In this document: positions 9,476-17,625 of the stretch, one piece after another
Layout: each line of letters begins with the position of its first letter
Position numbering within the stretch: the stretch's first letter is position 1
Assembly: GCA_945885485.1 (NCBI GenBank)
Contig: CAMCYT010000001.1
Location: forward strand, 1 to 47,218
DNA length: 47,218 nucleotides
DNA from: Prosthecobacter debontii
Lineage (GTDB): Bacteria; Verrucomicrobiota; Verrucomicrobiia; Verrucomicrobiales; Akkermansiaceae
Direction: 5' to 3'
Translations under genes and position numbers: made by a program
Notes under the pieces: generated by a model
What the model saw: the letters and a program-made list of their open reading frames with translations, nothing else
Database searches by the model: none
Told to the model about the DNA's origin: nothing

Positions 9476-9516
9476 TTTTTTATGACTCCTGACCCCTTCT
9501 CCCTAACTCGTTCCTC

Positions 9517-12500
9517 ATGACCTCCTCAGCTTTCATCCTCCGCGGCCTCCGGCATTACCGCAGCGCTTACCTCGGCGTTCTGTTAGGTTCCGCCCTCGGC
9601 GCGATGGTTCTGTTAGGCGCGCTATTCGCCGGGGATTCCGTGAAATCCACGCTTCGCCAGATCGCTGAACAACGCACCGGCCGCACCACCCTCGTCCTAG
9701 CCGGTGGCGAAAATTTCTTCCGTGCCCGTCTTGCGAACGACCTTCCCGGCACCGCTCCGGTTCTCCAACTCCGCAGCCAAGTCGATACCCCGTCCGGCCG
9801 CTCGACCGGCCAAGTCAACCTGTTCGGCGTCACTCCGGAGTTTTGGAAATTCGCTCCCGGAAATATAAACCCGCCCGCCCTCGATAAAAGCTCTTGGGCG
9901 ATCAACCGCGAACTCGCCCGCACCCTCGATCTCTCGCTCGGCGATACGCTTGTCATCCGTCTTGGAAAACCCGGCCTCGCTTCTCGCGACGCCCCGCTTT
10001 CCGGCGAACCCGAGGAACTCATCACCATCCGCGGCACCGTTGCCGAAATCCGCGAGGACGACGCCATGGGTCGCTTCAATCTCCAAGCCACGCAACTCCC
10101 CGCACCGGCCATTTTTCTCCCCATCGAAGCTCTCGCCGCCGCAATCGAGCGACCTGACAGCGCGAACCTCCTGCTGTTTCAGGAAAATCTAACCACGGAT
10201 GAAGCCACCGCTCGCATCCGCAAATCCGCCCAACTCGCCGATTACGGACTGTCCCTGTTAGATGTCCCGCTTTCTAGCGCCACCGAGATCCGCACCGACC
10301 GCATTTTCCTCCCCACTCTCATCGAGGAAAAACTCCGCACTCTCCTTCCTTCATCCCGCCCCGTCCTCACCTACCTCGCTAACACCATCGCCGCTAACGG
10401 CAAGGAGACACCCTACTCGATGGTCACCGGCATCGACCCCGCCGCCGTATCTTTTGTCCCCGACGATCTCGCGCCCGACCAGATCGTCCTCAATTCCTGG
10501 GAAGCCGAAGACCTCGCCGCCAAGCCCGGCGACACCGTCACACTCCGCTATTTCACACTCGGCAACGGCAATCAACTCATCGAGAAATCCTCCACGTTCC
10601 GCGTCCATAGCATCGTCCCGCTCGAAGGAGCTGCTGCCGACAAACTCTGGATGCCGGATTTCCCGGGCATCGCCGAAGCTGACAATTCCGCCGACTGGAC
10701 TTCCGGCCTCCCACTCGATCTCAGCCGTATTCGCGATAAGGACGAAACCTATTGGGATGACCATCGCGGCACGCCCAAAGCCTTCATTACCCACGATGCC
10801 GCTCGCGCCATGTGGAGCAACCGTTGGGGCAACGCCACCTCGCTCAGAATCAGCAGCGAGCAAATTTCTATCCCCGAGTTAGAAACTAAAATCCTCAACA
10901 CCCTCACTCCCGCCGACGCTGGCTTGCTGATCCGCGACATCGCCACCGAAAGCGCAAGCGCCGCATCTTCTCCCGTCGATATCGCCAGCCTGTTCCTGAG
11001 CATGTCGTTTTTCCTCATCCTCGCCGCCGTCGCTCTAACAGCCATGTTGTTCCGCTTCAATGTCGAGCAACGCAACCACGAGTCCGGCCTGCTCGCCGCA
11101 CTTGGCATTCCCGCGAAAAAAATTCTCCGCTGGCGTCTGCTCGAAGGCTTGGTCGTCGTCACGATCGGAAGCGCGCTCGGCGCACTGCTCGCCTTCGCCT
11201 ACACCCGTGGCTTGCTGCTATTTCTCGAATCCATTTGGAACCGAGGTGATGATCGCATGTTCCGCTTCCACGCCGCCCCGGCATCCATCGGCGGCGGCAT
11301 CATCGGCTTCATCTTCCTGATGATGATCACGATCTGGTTCGTCACCCGCCGCCAAGCGAAACGCTCCGCCAGCCTGCGCCTCGAATCCGGTAGCGAGGAA
11401 ATCCTACGCAGCGGGAAATCACGCGCTCGCTGGATCGCCCCCGCAGCGGCCATCATGGGTGTTGCCGCACTGTTGGGATCGAAAATGATCGGTACTCAAG
11501 GCGCATTTTTCCTCGCTGGATTTTCCTTCCTCATCGCCGGCCTCGCGCTCTTCCGCGTGGCTGGAACATCTCGCTCCAGTTCTTCTCTAACCATCGCCCA
11601 CCTCGCCCGACTCAACATCTCCCGCCGCCCGACCCGTTCGTTAGTCGTTGTCGGTAGTCTCGCCGCCGGACTTTTCCTCGTCGTCTCCGTCACCGCTTTC
11701 CAAAAACACGGAGGCGGCGATTGGCAGAAACGCTCCGCTCCCTCCGGAGGTTTCGCGTTCTGGATCGAAACCACCACTCCCGTCCACCGCAGTTCCGCCT
11801 CAGACTCCACCGCCGACATCCTCAACCTCGGCGACCAACGCGGAAAACTCGGTGACATCCTCCCTTTCCGCATCGGCACCGGCGACGACGCCTCTTGCTT
11901 CAACCTCAACTCCGTCTCTCGTCCTCGCCTTCTCGCCACCGATACCAGCGCCCTCGAACAACGTGGTTCCTTCACCATCAAATCCACCGCCCCCGGCATC
12001 GAACCAACTTGGAAATCCCTTCGCGAAGGCGATACCATCCGCGCCTTCATCGATGAAACCACCCTCATGTGGGTTCTGAAAAAAAAGCCCGGCGACCGCA
12101 TCGACTACACCGATGAACAGGGCAATACCTTCCCACTTGAAATCGCTGGAACTCTAACAGCTTCTGTTTTCCAAGGTAGCTTCATCGTCGATGAACAACG
12201 CTACCTCGAACGCTACCCCTCCACCGGAGGCTATCAGCTTTTCCTCGCCGAAACTACCAACGATCTAACAGAAAACCGAAACATTCTCCAACGCGCCCTC
12301 ACCGACCTAGGAGCCACCGTCACCACCACCACCGAGCGCCTCGCCGCATTCAACAGTGTGGAAAACACCTACATCTCAATCTTCAACGTCCTCGGCGGCC
12401 TCGGCGTGATCCTCGGAGCCGCCGGCCTCGGCATCGTCACCGCCCGCAATCTAGCAGAACGCCAACACGAGTTCACACAACTCCATCAGATCGGCATTTC

Positions 12501-12729
12501 ACGGAAAATCATCCGCTCCCTCATCGTCCGAGAAACCCGACAGTTCATCCTCTGGGCCATCGGTATCGGCCTCATCGCCGCCATCATCTCCGTCCTCCCA
12601 GCCCTACCCGCCACCGGCCTGCTCACCTCCCTTGCCTGGATCACCGCTCTGGCCATCCTGTTTCTCCTCACCGCCACCTCCTGCGCCTGGATTGCTTACC
12701 GAAAGTCGGTGCTGTTTGGGTTAAAGTGA
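9517..12729 (+). CDS. ABC transporter permease, tandem MacB/FtsX-type
   Basis: Two TM-periplasmic-TM halves; NVEQRNHESGLLAALG and NLAERQHEFTQLHQIG are FtsX-type ER.RE.G.L.ALG motifs. Confidence 0.85.
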   Translation: MTSSAFILRGLRHYRSAYLGVLLGSALGAMVLLGALFAGDSVKSTLRQIAEQRTGRTTLVLAGGENFFRARLANDLPGTAPVLQLRSQVDTPSGRSTGQVNLFGVTPEFWKFAPGNINPPALDKSSWAINRELARTLDLSLGDTLVIRLGKPGLASRDAPLSGEPEELITIRGTVAEIREDDAMGRFNLQATQLPAPAIFLPIEALAAAIERPDSANLLLFQENLTTDEATARIRKSAQLADYGLSLLDVPLSSATEIRTDRIFLPTLIEEKLRTLLPSSRPVLTYLANTIAANGKETPYSMVTGIDPAAVSFVPDDLAPDQIVLNSWEAEDLAAKPGDTVTLRYFTLGNGNQLIEKSSTFRVHSIVPLEGAAADKLWMPDFPGIAEADNSADWTSGLPLDLSRIRDKDETYWDDHRGTPKAFITHDAARAMWSNRWGNATSLRISSEQISIPELETKILNTLTPADAGLLIRDIATESASAASSPVDIASLFLSMSFFLILAAVALTAMLFRFNVEQRNHESGLLAALGIPAKKILRWRLLEGLVVVTIGSALGALLAFAYTRGLLLFLESIWNRGDDRMFRFHAAPASIGGGIIGFIFLMMITIWFVTRRQAKRSASLRLESGSEEILRSGKSRARWIAPAAAIMGVAALLGSKMIGTQGAFFLAGFSFLIAGLALFRVAGTSRSSSSLTIAHLARLNISRRPTRSLVVVGSLAAGLFLVVSVTAFQKHGGGDWQKRSAPSGGFAFWIETTTPVHRSSASDSTADILNLGDQRGKLGDILPFRIGTGDDASCFNLNSVSRPRLLATDTSALEQRGSFTIKSTAPGIEPTWKSLREGDTIRAFIDETTLMWVLKKKPGDRIDYTDEQGNTFPLEIAGTLTASVFQGSFIVDEQRYLERYPSTGGYQLFLAETTNDLTENRNILQRALTDLGATVTTTTERLAAFNSVENTYISIFNVLGGLGVILGAAGLGIVTARNLAERQHEFTQLHQIGISRKIIRSLIVRETRQFILWAIGIGLIAAIISVLPALPATGLLTSLAWITALAILFLLTATSCAWIAYRKSVLFGLK

Positions 12730-12832
12730 TGGGCGGCATGGGGCATCGAGTTTCACTAAATGGTACCAGGTGCCGCATATTAACATTGCACGCTCAAATG
12801 GAGGGAGCGAGTCATCGTCGCCAAATGAAATC

Positions 12833-12860
12833 TTGGCAAAGTGTTCTGTAGAGCTATGCT
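12833..12860 (+). promoter_or_regulatory. Putative sigma70 promoter, leaderless geometry
   Basis: TTGGCA-N16-TATGCT followed by 7 nt then ATG 12868. Confidence 0.5.
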
Positions 12861-12867
12861 CGCGGCG

Positions 12868-13347
12868 ATGAATACCAACGACTCCAACCAACTGAATCCG
12901 GAACCTAAGAAAAGCTCGACCAAGAAGTGGCTTCTCGGAGGCTGCGGCTGCCTGACTATCATCGCAGTAGTGTTGGGTATCGGGACCTTTATGGCCTATA
13001 AATCGGGCAAGGGCTTCTTCGGCGACATGATGAATCTTGCTAAGGCCGCGGAAGAAACGATGCAGGCTCCCGAAGTCATCGAAGCCTTCGGAACACCTGT
13101 GGAACAAAGCGGTACCCAGCAGCAATCGACGAGTAATGTCAACGGCAAGAGCGTGACGGAAATCACCCAAGGTCTCAAAGGACCGAAAGGCGAGGGCAAA
13201 CTCGTCATGACCATGGAGCAAAGCGGCGGGTCCGTTATGCCTAAACTGTCATCCGCCAAAATTATCACCCCGGACGGAACGGAAATCCCAATCAAATTGG
13301 GTGCTGCGACTGCCGCGCCATCAACAGACCTGCCGGCACCGGAATAG
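12868..13347 (+). CDS. Membrane-anchored hypothetical protein (Coa1-like C-terminal domain)
   Basis: KKWLLGGCGCL TM anchor; EVIEAFGTPV...LKGPKGEGKL resembles Coa1-family motifs. Confidence 0.6.
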   Translation: MNTNDSNQLNPEPKKSSTKKWLLGGCGCLTIIAVVLGIGTFMAYKSGKGFFGDMMNLAKAAEETMQAPEVIEAFGTPVEQSGTQQQSTSNVNGKSVTEITQGLKGPKGEGKLVMTMEQSGGSVMPKLSSAKIITPDGTEIPIKLGAATAAPSTDLPAPE

Positions 13348-13444
13348 TGACACGGAGTCAATCCGTTATTTAAAATTAAGCAGGGCTCTTTCGGTTTGAT
13401 TGACTGCGTTGCACTCCGTCCAAGCAGTTAGGATCATTCGGTTT

Positions 13445-13891
13445 GATTGACGATTGATGATTGTTGAGGTTTGATTTTTGAATGAAGAAATTGTCCCCCC
13501 AAGAACTTGAAGATCGGCTGATAGATTTTGCAGTAGCGATTATTGACGTCACGGAAGCTTTACCTAATTCAAAAGCAGGTAATCATGTTTCTGGTCAGTT
13601 GATACGATCAGGAACATCTCCGGCACCAAACTACGGTGAAGCACGTAGTGCTGAATCAAGAAAAGATTTCATACATAAGATGAAGATTTCTCTGAAAGAA
13701 TTGAGAGAAACAATGATCTGGCTCAAGATTGCTTCGCGCAAACGAATGATCACTGGTGAAGGCGTCGTTGCGTCGATACAAGAATGCGACGAACTGATTT
13801 CCATCTTCGTAAGCAGCACCAGAACCGCCGATGCAGGGTAAAAGATCTTCTAAATCAAAAATCAACATTCGTCACTCATCAATCGTCAATC
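13445..13891. repeat. 37-bp inverted arms built of 7-nt repeats enclosing the four-helix-bundle gene
   Basis: Left GATTGACGATTGATGATTGTTGAGGTTTGATTTTTGA (13445-13481) vs right TCAAAAATCAACATTCGTCACTCATCAATCGTCAATC (13855-13891): perfect 16-bp and 11-bp blocks. Confidence 0.8.
13482..13841 (+). CDS. Four helix bundle protein (23S rRNA IVS protein / bAvd-like family)
   Basis: QLIRSGTSPAPNYGEARSAESRKDFIHKMKISLKELRETMIWL family motif; lower GC than flanks. Confidence 0.88.
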   Translation: MKKLSPQELEDRLIDFAVAIIDVTEALPNSKAGNHVSGQLIRSGTSPAPNYGEARSAESRKDFIHKMKISLKELRETMIWLKIASRKRMITGEGVVASIQECDELISIFVSSTRTADAG

Positions 13892-14031
13892 CATTCTTCC
13901 AACCACACGCAGGGTTCTTCCTGTTTAACCTAAATGTTAAAATGGGAGCCCTGTCTCCTTTAAAGAGTCTCCAAAAGGCTTGTCCGCTGTGCGGCGTGAT
14001 GATTTAAACAACACAACAACAATTCTTACTC

Positions 14032-15477
14032 ATGTCCGCTCTCAAGCTCACTCGCACCCAATGGCTGATTTGCGTCATCGCCGCCTTGGGTTTCGCCTTC
14101 GATATTTATGAACTGCTGATGCTGCCGCTGATCGTCGGGCCTGCCTTACAGGAACTCATCGGCGCGGCGCCGGGGTCGCCGGAGTTCAACAGTTGGATAG
14201 GGAAATTGTTTTTCATCCCGGCCATCGCGGGCGGCATCTTCGGGTTGCTGGGCGGGTATCTAACAGATCGCTTGGGGCGTCGCCGGGTGTTGACGTGGAG
14301 TATTTTGCTTTATGCTTTTTCAGCCTTCGCGGCCGGATACTCGACGAGTGTGGAGATGCTGTTGTTCTTCCGCTGCCTGGTTTTCATCGGCGTATGCGTC
14401 GAGTTTGTCGCGGCGGTGGCATGGCTTGCCGAGCTTTTTCCCGATCCGAAACAGCGAGAGAAAGTGCTCGGCTACACGCAGGCGTTTTCATCCATCGGTG
14501 GTCTGATGGTGGCAGTGGCATACGGCATTTGCGTAAAATATTCCGGCAGCTTTCCTGCGATTCATCTGCCCGATTTCCTCAGTGGCCTGTTTGGGGGAGG
14601 AACGGTGGGGGACGAGAATGCCGCTTGGCGCTATACTCTTATGTCCGGTGTGATTCCCGCCATCCCGCTGATCATCATCCGCCCCTTCCTGCCCGAGTCA
14701 CCCGCATGGGCGCAGAAAAAGGCCGCAGGCACTCTCAAGCGTCCCAGTATTCGCGAGCTTTTCACCCCAGAACTCCGCCGCACCACGCTAGTCACTACAG
14801 CGATGTTTGCCATGGCCTACGGTGCCGCGTTCGGAGCCATCCAGCACATCCCACGCATCATTCCGGGTCTGCCGGAAGTGAAGGTCGCCTCGCAGGCCGC
14901 CTCGGCCGCCGCCGCCAAGGCGAATGCCGGGAAACCTGCGGGTGTCATCAAAAAAGCCGCTATCGTCGCCGGGAAAAAAGCGGAGCAATCCATCGCGGCG
15001 AACACCACGAAGATCCAGGAAGTCGGCGGCTTGGTAGGTCGCTTCTTGCTGGCGTATCTGGCCGTCATCATCATCAGCCGCCGCAAGCTGCTTCGTTTGT
15101 TTGTTATTCCCGGCCTGATCGTCATGCCTTTGGTCTTCGCCTACTGCGGCGTAACCGGACTGCTGCCCTTGCAAATCGGCATCTTCTTCGCGGGCTTGCT
15201 CACCGTCGGGCAGTTCAGCTTTTGGGGAAATTACCTCCCACGGGTCTATCCCATGCATCTCCGTGGCACGGGCGAAAGCTTCGCCGCCAACATCGGCGGC
15301 CGACTGATCGGCACCTCATTTGCTTGGATCACCACCACTCTCGCCACCACCACAGATTTGGCAGCAGCACCGGCCAAGCTAGCCTACACAGCGGCGGCGG
15401 TGGGTTGCGGCGTGTATCTTGTCAGCCTGATTCTTTCCTTCTTCCTGCCCGAACCCAAAGAAGAGCTACTGGACTGA
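14032..15477 (+). CDS. MFS transporter
   Basis: GFAFDIYE, motif A GGYLTDRLGRRRVL, PESP; about 12 TM. Confidence 0.9.
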   Translation: MSALKLTRTQWLICVIAALGFAFDIYELLMLPLIVGPALQELIGAAPGSPEFNSWIGKLFFIPAIAGGIFGLLGGYLTDRLGRRRVLTWSILLYAFSAFAAGYSTSVEMLLFFRCLVFIGVCVEFVAAVAWLAELFPDPKQREKVLGYTQAFSSIGGLMVAVAYGICVKYSGSFPAIHLPDFLSGLFGGGTVGDENAAWRYTLMSGVIPAIPLIIIRPFLPESPAWAQKKAAGTLKRPSIRELFTPELRRTTLVTTAMFAMAYGAAFGAIQHIPRIIPGLPEVKVASQAASAAAAKANAGKPAGVIKKAAIVAGKKAEQSIAANTTKIQEVGGLVGRFLLAYLAVIIISRRKLLRLFVIPGLIVMPLVFAYCGVTGLLPLQIGIFFAGLLTVGQFSFWGNYLPRVYPMHLRGTGESFAANIGGRLIGTSFAWITTTLATTTDLAAAPAKLAYTAAAVGCGVYLVSLILSFFLPEPKEELLD

Positions 15478-15529
15478 TTGGAGCGCCAATAAAATTTTGG
15501 CGGCATGGGAATGTGAATTTTCTTACAGA

Positions 15530-15722
15530 TCAAAAATTAAAAATTAACAATCATCAATCGTCAATAAATCTTCGCGCGATGTAGAGTTAATAAAATGTTA
15601 GATAATGCGCTTTAAATGCCTCTATTGTAATCCGTTAGGCAGTTAGAACTACGCCATGAAATGAAAGTTCGCTAAGCTCTCAAGGCATTGACGATTGATG
15701 ATTGTTAATTTTTGATTTTTGA
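15530..15722. repeat. Gene-less pair of the same 7-nt-repeat arms, in reversed order, between convergent genes
   Basis: TCAAAAATTAAAAATTAACAATCATCAATCGTCAAT (15530-15565) vs ATTGACGATTGATGATTGTTAATTTTTGATTTTTGA (15687-15722): 35/36 inverted match. Confidence 0.85.
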
Positions 15723-15763
15723 ATGAAGAGAAAGGACGCTTCATCTGCGAAGTCCCCGCTGCT

Positions 15764-17059
15764 TTATATCTTCGATTCCGCCGAAGCGGCTCTCATGCGC
15801 CGACCGTAAACCAGCTCGAACACTGGCGATGCCATCAGCGTCGTGACGATCGCCATCACCACGAGGATAGAAAACAGCGCCTCGCCGATGATGCCGTGTT
15901 GGAGGCCGATATTGATGATGATCAGCTCCATCAGACCCCGCGCATTCATCAGCGCGCCGACGGCAAGCGAGGTCGAATTGTCCTCACCGTTGAGGCGCGC
16001 GGCGGCCCAGCAGGCGACGCCTTTCCCGAGAATCGAGGCGATCAGGATCACCAAGCCAACCAGCAACAGCCTCGGATCCACCAGCAAATCCAGTTTGGTA
16101 TTTAAGCCTGAGAAGGTGAAGAACATCGGCAGCAGGAAAACCACGGCAAAGGGTTCGATCTTGCGGCGGATGTCATCGGCGTAAACGCCGCGCGGCATCG
16201 AAATACCCAGGATAAACCCGCCGAACACCGCATGGACTCCGATGATATCTGCATACCAAGCCGACGCACAGAAAAGCGCCAGAGTGACGGCCATCATCGG
16301 ATGGGAAACTTCTCCGTCCCTCTCGGCCTTGCGTCCAAGACCGGCGAGTAGCTTTTTCCCCACCGTCAGCATCAGCGCGCCGTATAGCAGCGATCCGCCG
16401 ATCGCGATCACCTCAGCGCCGATGCTTACGCCACCGATCTGCAGTGGCTGCGATGCGCCGAACGATGCCAGCACGATGGCGAGCACACACCAGGCCGCGG
16501 CGTCATCGATGGCTCCCGCAGCCAACGTAAGGGTGCCGAGGGGTGTGCCGGAAAGCCCCCTTTCCGAAATGATCCGCGCCAGCATCGGAAACGCCGTGAT
16601 TGCGATGGCCGCGCCGAGGAAGAGAGCGCCCTCGTGATAGCGAACCTTCGGCATGAAGATGCCCGGCACATCAATCAGCCACAGCACTAGCAATGCACCT
16701 AGGATGAATGGAACCACCATGCCAGCGATCGAAACACATGCCGCGCTGCGCGCCCTTTTCCGGAAGTGATCCGTGCGGAACTCCAACCCCACTAGAAACA
16801 TATAGAGTCCCACTCCAAGCTGCGCCCCCACATAGAGGATGCCGCGCGATTCTTGGGTGAAAATGAGCTCCGTTGATCCCGGCCAGATCAACCCTAACAG
16901 GGACGGTCCGAGCATCACGCCCGCGATCATTTCTCCTACCACCTGTGGCTGCCCGATGCGTTTCGCCGCTATTCCTACCAACCGGCAGACAACCAAGATG
17001 ATCGCCATCTGTAGGAAAAAAGAGGCCGAGAGCGCGTGCATGTGCTGAAGAGAATCCAT
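15764..17059 (-). CDS. Cation:proton antiporter (CPA2/KefB-like)
   Basis: GQPQVVGEMIAGVMLGPS, ITAFPMLARI, AGAIDD, MNARGLMELI; start chosen at ATG 17059. Confidence 0.9.
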   Translation of the reverse strand: MDSLQHMHALSASFFLQMAIILVVCRLVGIAAKRIGQPQVVGEMIAGVMLGPSLLGLIWPGSTELIFTQESRGILYVGAQLGVGLYMFLVGLEFRTDHFRKRARSAACVSIAGMVVPFILGALLVLWLIDVPGIFMPKVRYHEGALFLGAAIAITAFPMLARIISERGLSGTPLGTLTLAAGAIDDAAAWCVLAIVLASFGASQPLQIGGVSIGAEVIAIGGSLLYGALMLTVGKKLLAGLGRKAERDGEVSHPMMAVTLALFCASAWYADIIGVHAVFGGFILGISMPRGVYADDIRRKIEPFAVVFLLPMFFTFSGLNTKLDLLVDPRLLLVGLVILIASILGKGVACWAAARLNGEDNSTSLAVGALMNARGLMELIIINIGLQHGIIGEALFSILVVMAIVTTLMASPVFELVYGRRMRAASAESKI

Positions 17060-17152
17060 AGCAGGCAGAAGGTAAAGGACGAAGCATCTTGTCTCAACAT
17101 CCACTGGTGCTAGCCGGCCGGGAACGGTCTAAAGAGAACCATGCCCGCGCAA

Positions 17153-17602
17153 TCAGGGCACGGGGCGCTTCAAAGACATCGTGCCGTGGTCGCTCGCGCT
17201 TTGATAGGTGGCGCTGAATGTTTCGCGAGTTAGCTTGCCTTTGACCTGATAGATTCCGAGGCCGCCGGGAAGTTTCATTTCGCCGGAAAGTGCGAGGGAG
17301 CCATCTTTACCCAGCTTGGTGGGGACGGTGTGAGTGTAGTCGCCGAACTTCAAAACACCCCAACCAGCGCGGTAACGGAAGTCGTATTTACCGGGGTCTT
17401 CGAGGCTAGGTTGGACGATGCACCACAGTGGGCCGCTATGGCCGTTGACCTCGCTGACCCACTTGCCAAGCCATGGACCTTCGGCTTTGGTGGGTGGATG
17501 AGGAAGATTCGAAGAGGCTTGGGCGAAGCCGCTGCGGTAGGAATTCGCCCCACAGGAGCAAAGCACCAGCGTGAGAACGGTTGCGATGAACTTGGATTTC
17601 AT
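17153..17602 (-). CDS. Hypothetical lipoprotein
   Basis: MKSKFIATVLTLVLCSC lipobox-like signal; beta-rich body. Confidence 0.65.
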   Translation of the reverse strand: MKSKFIATVLTLVLCSCGANSYRSGFAQASSNLPHPPTKAEGPWLGKWVSEVNGHSGPLWCIVQPSLEDPGKYDFRYRAGWGVLKFGDYTHTVPTKLGKDGSLALSGEMKLPGGLGIYQVKGKLTRETFSATYQSASDHGTMSLKRPVP

Positions 17603-17625
17603 AACGTGGATCAGTTAGGTGAAAA

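Noticed and set aside
13482-13841. Diversity-generating retroelement or 23S rRNA intervening sequence
   Set aside because: No reverse transcriptase, no TR/VR pair and no rRNA sequence in the window
14160-14640. Mosaic MFS gene (more G/T-ending codons in the 5' part)
   Set aside because: Impression by eye only; cannot be separated from amino-acid composition effects without computation
14193-15584. 463-aa alternative-frame ORF over the MFS gene
   Set aside because: Arg/His-rich shadow frame of a GC-rich gene with no recognisable motif
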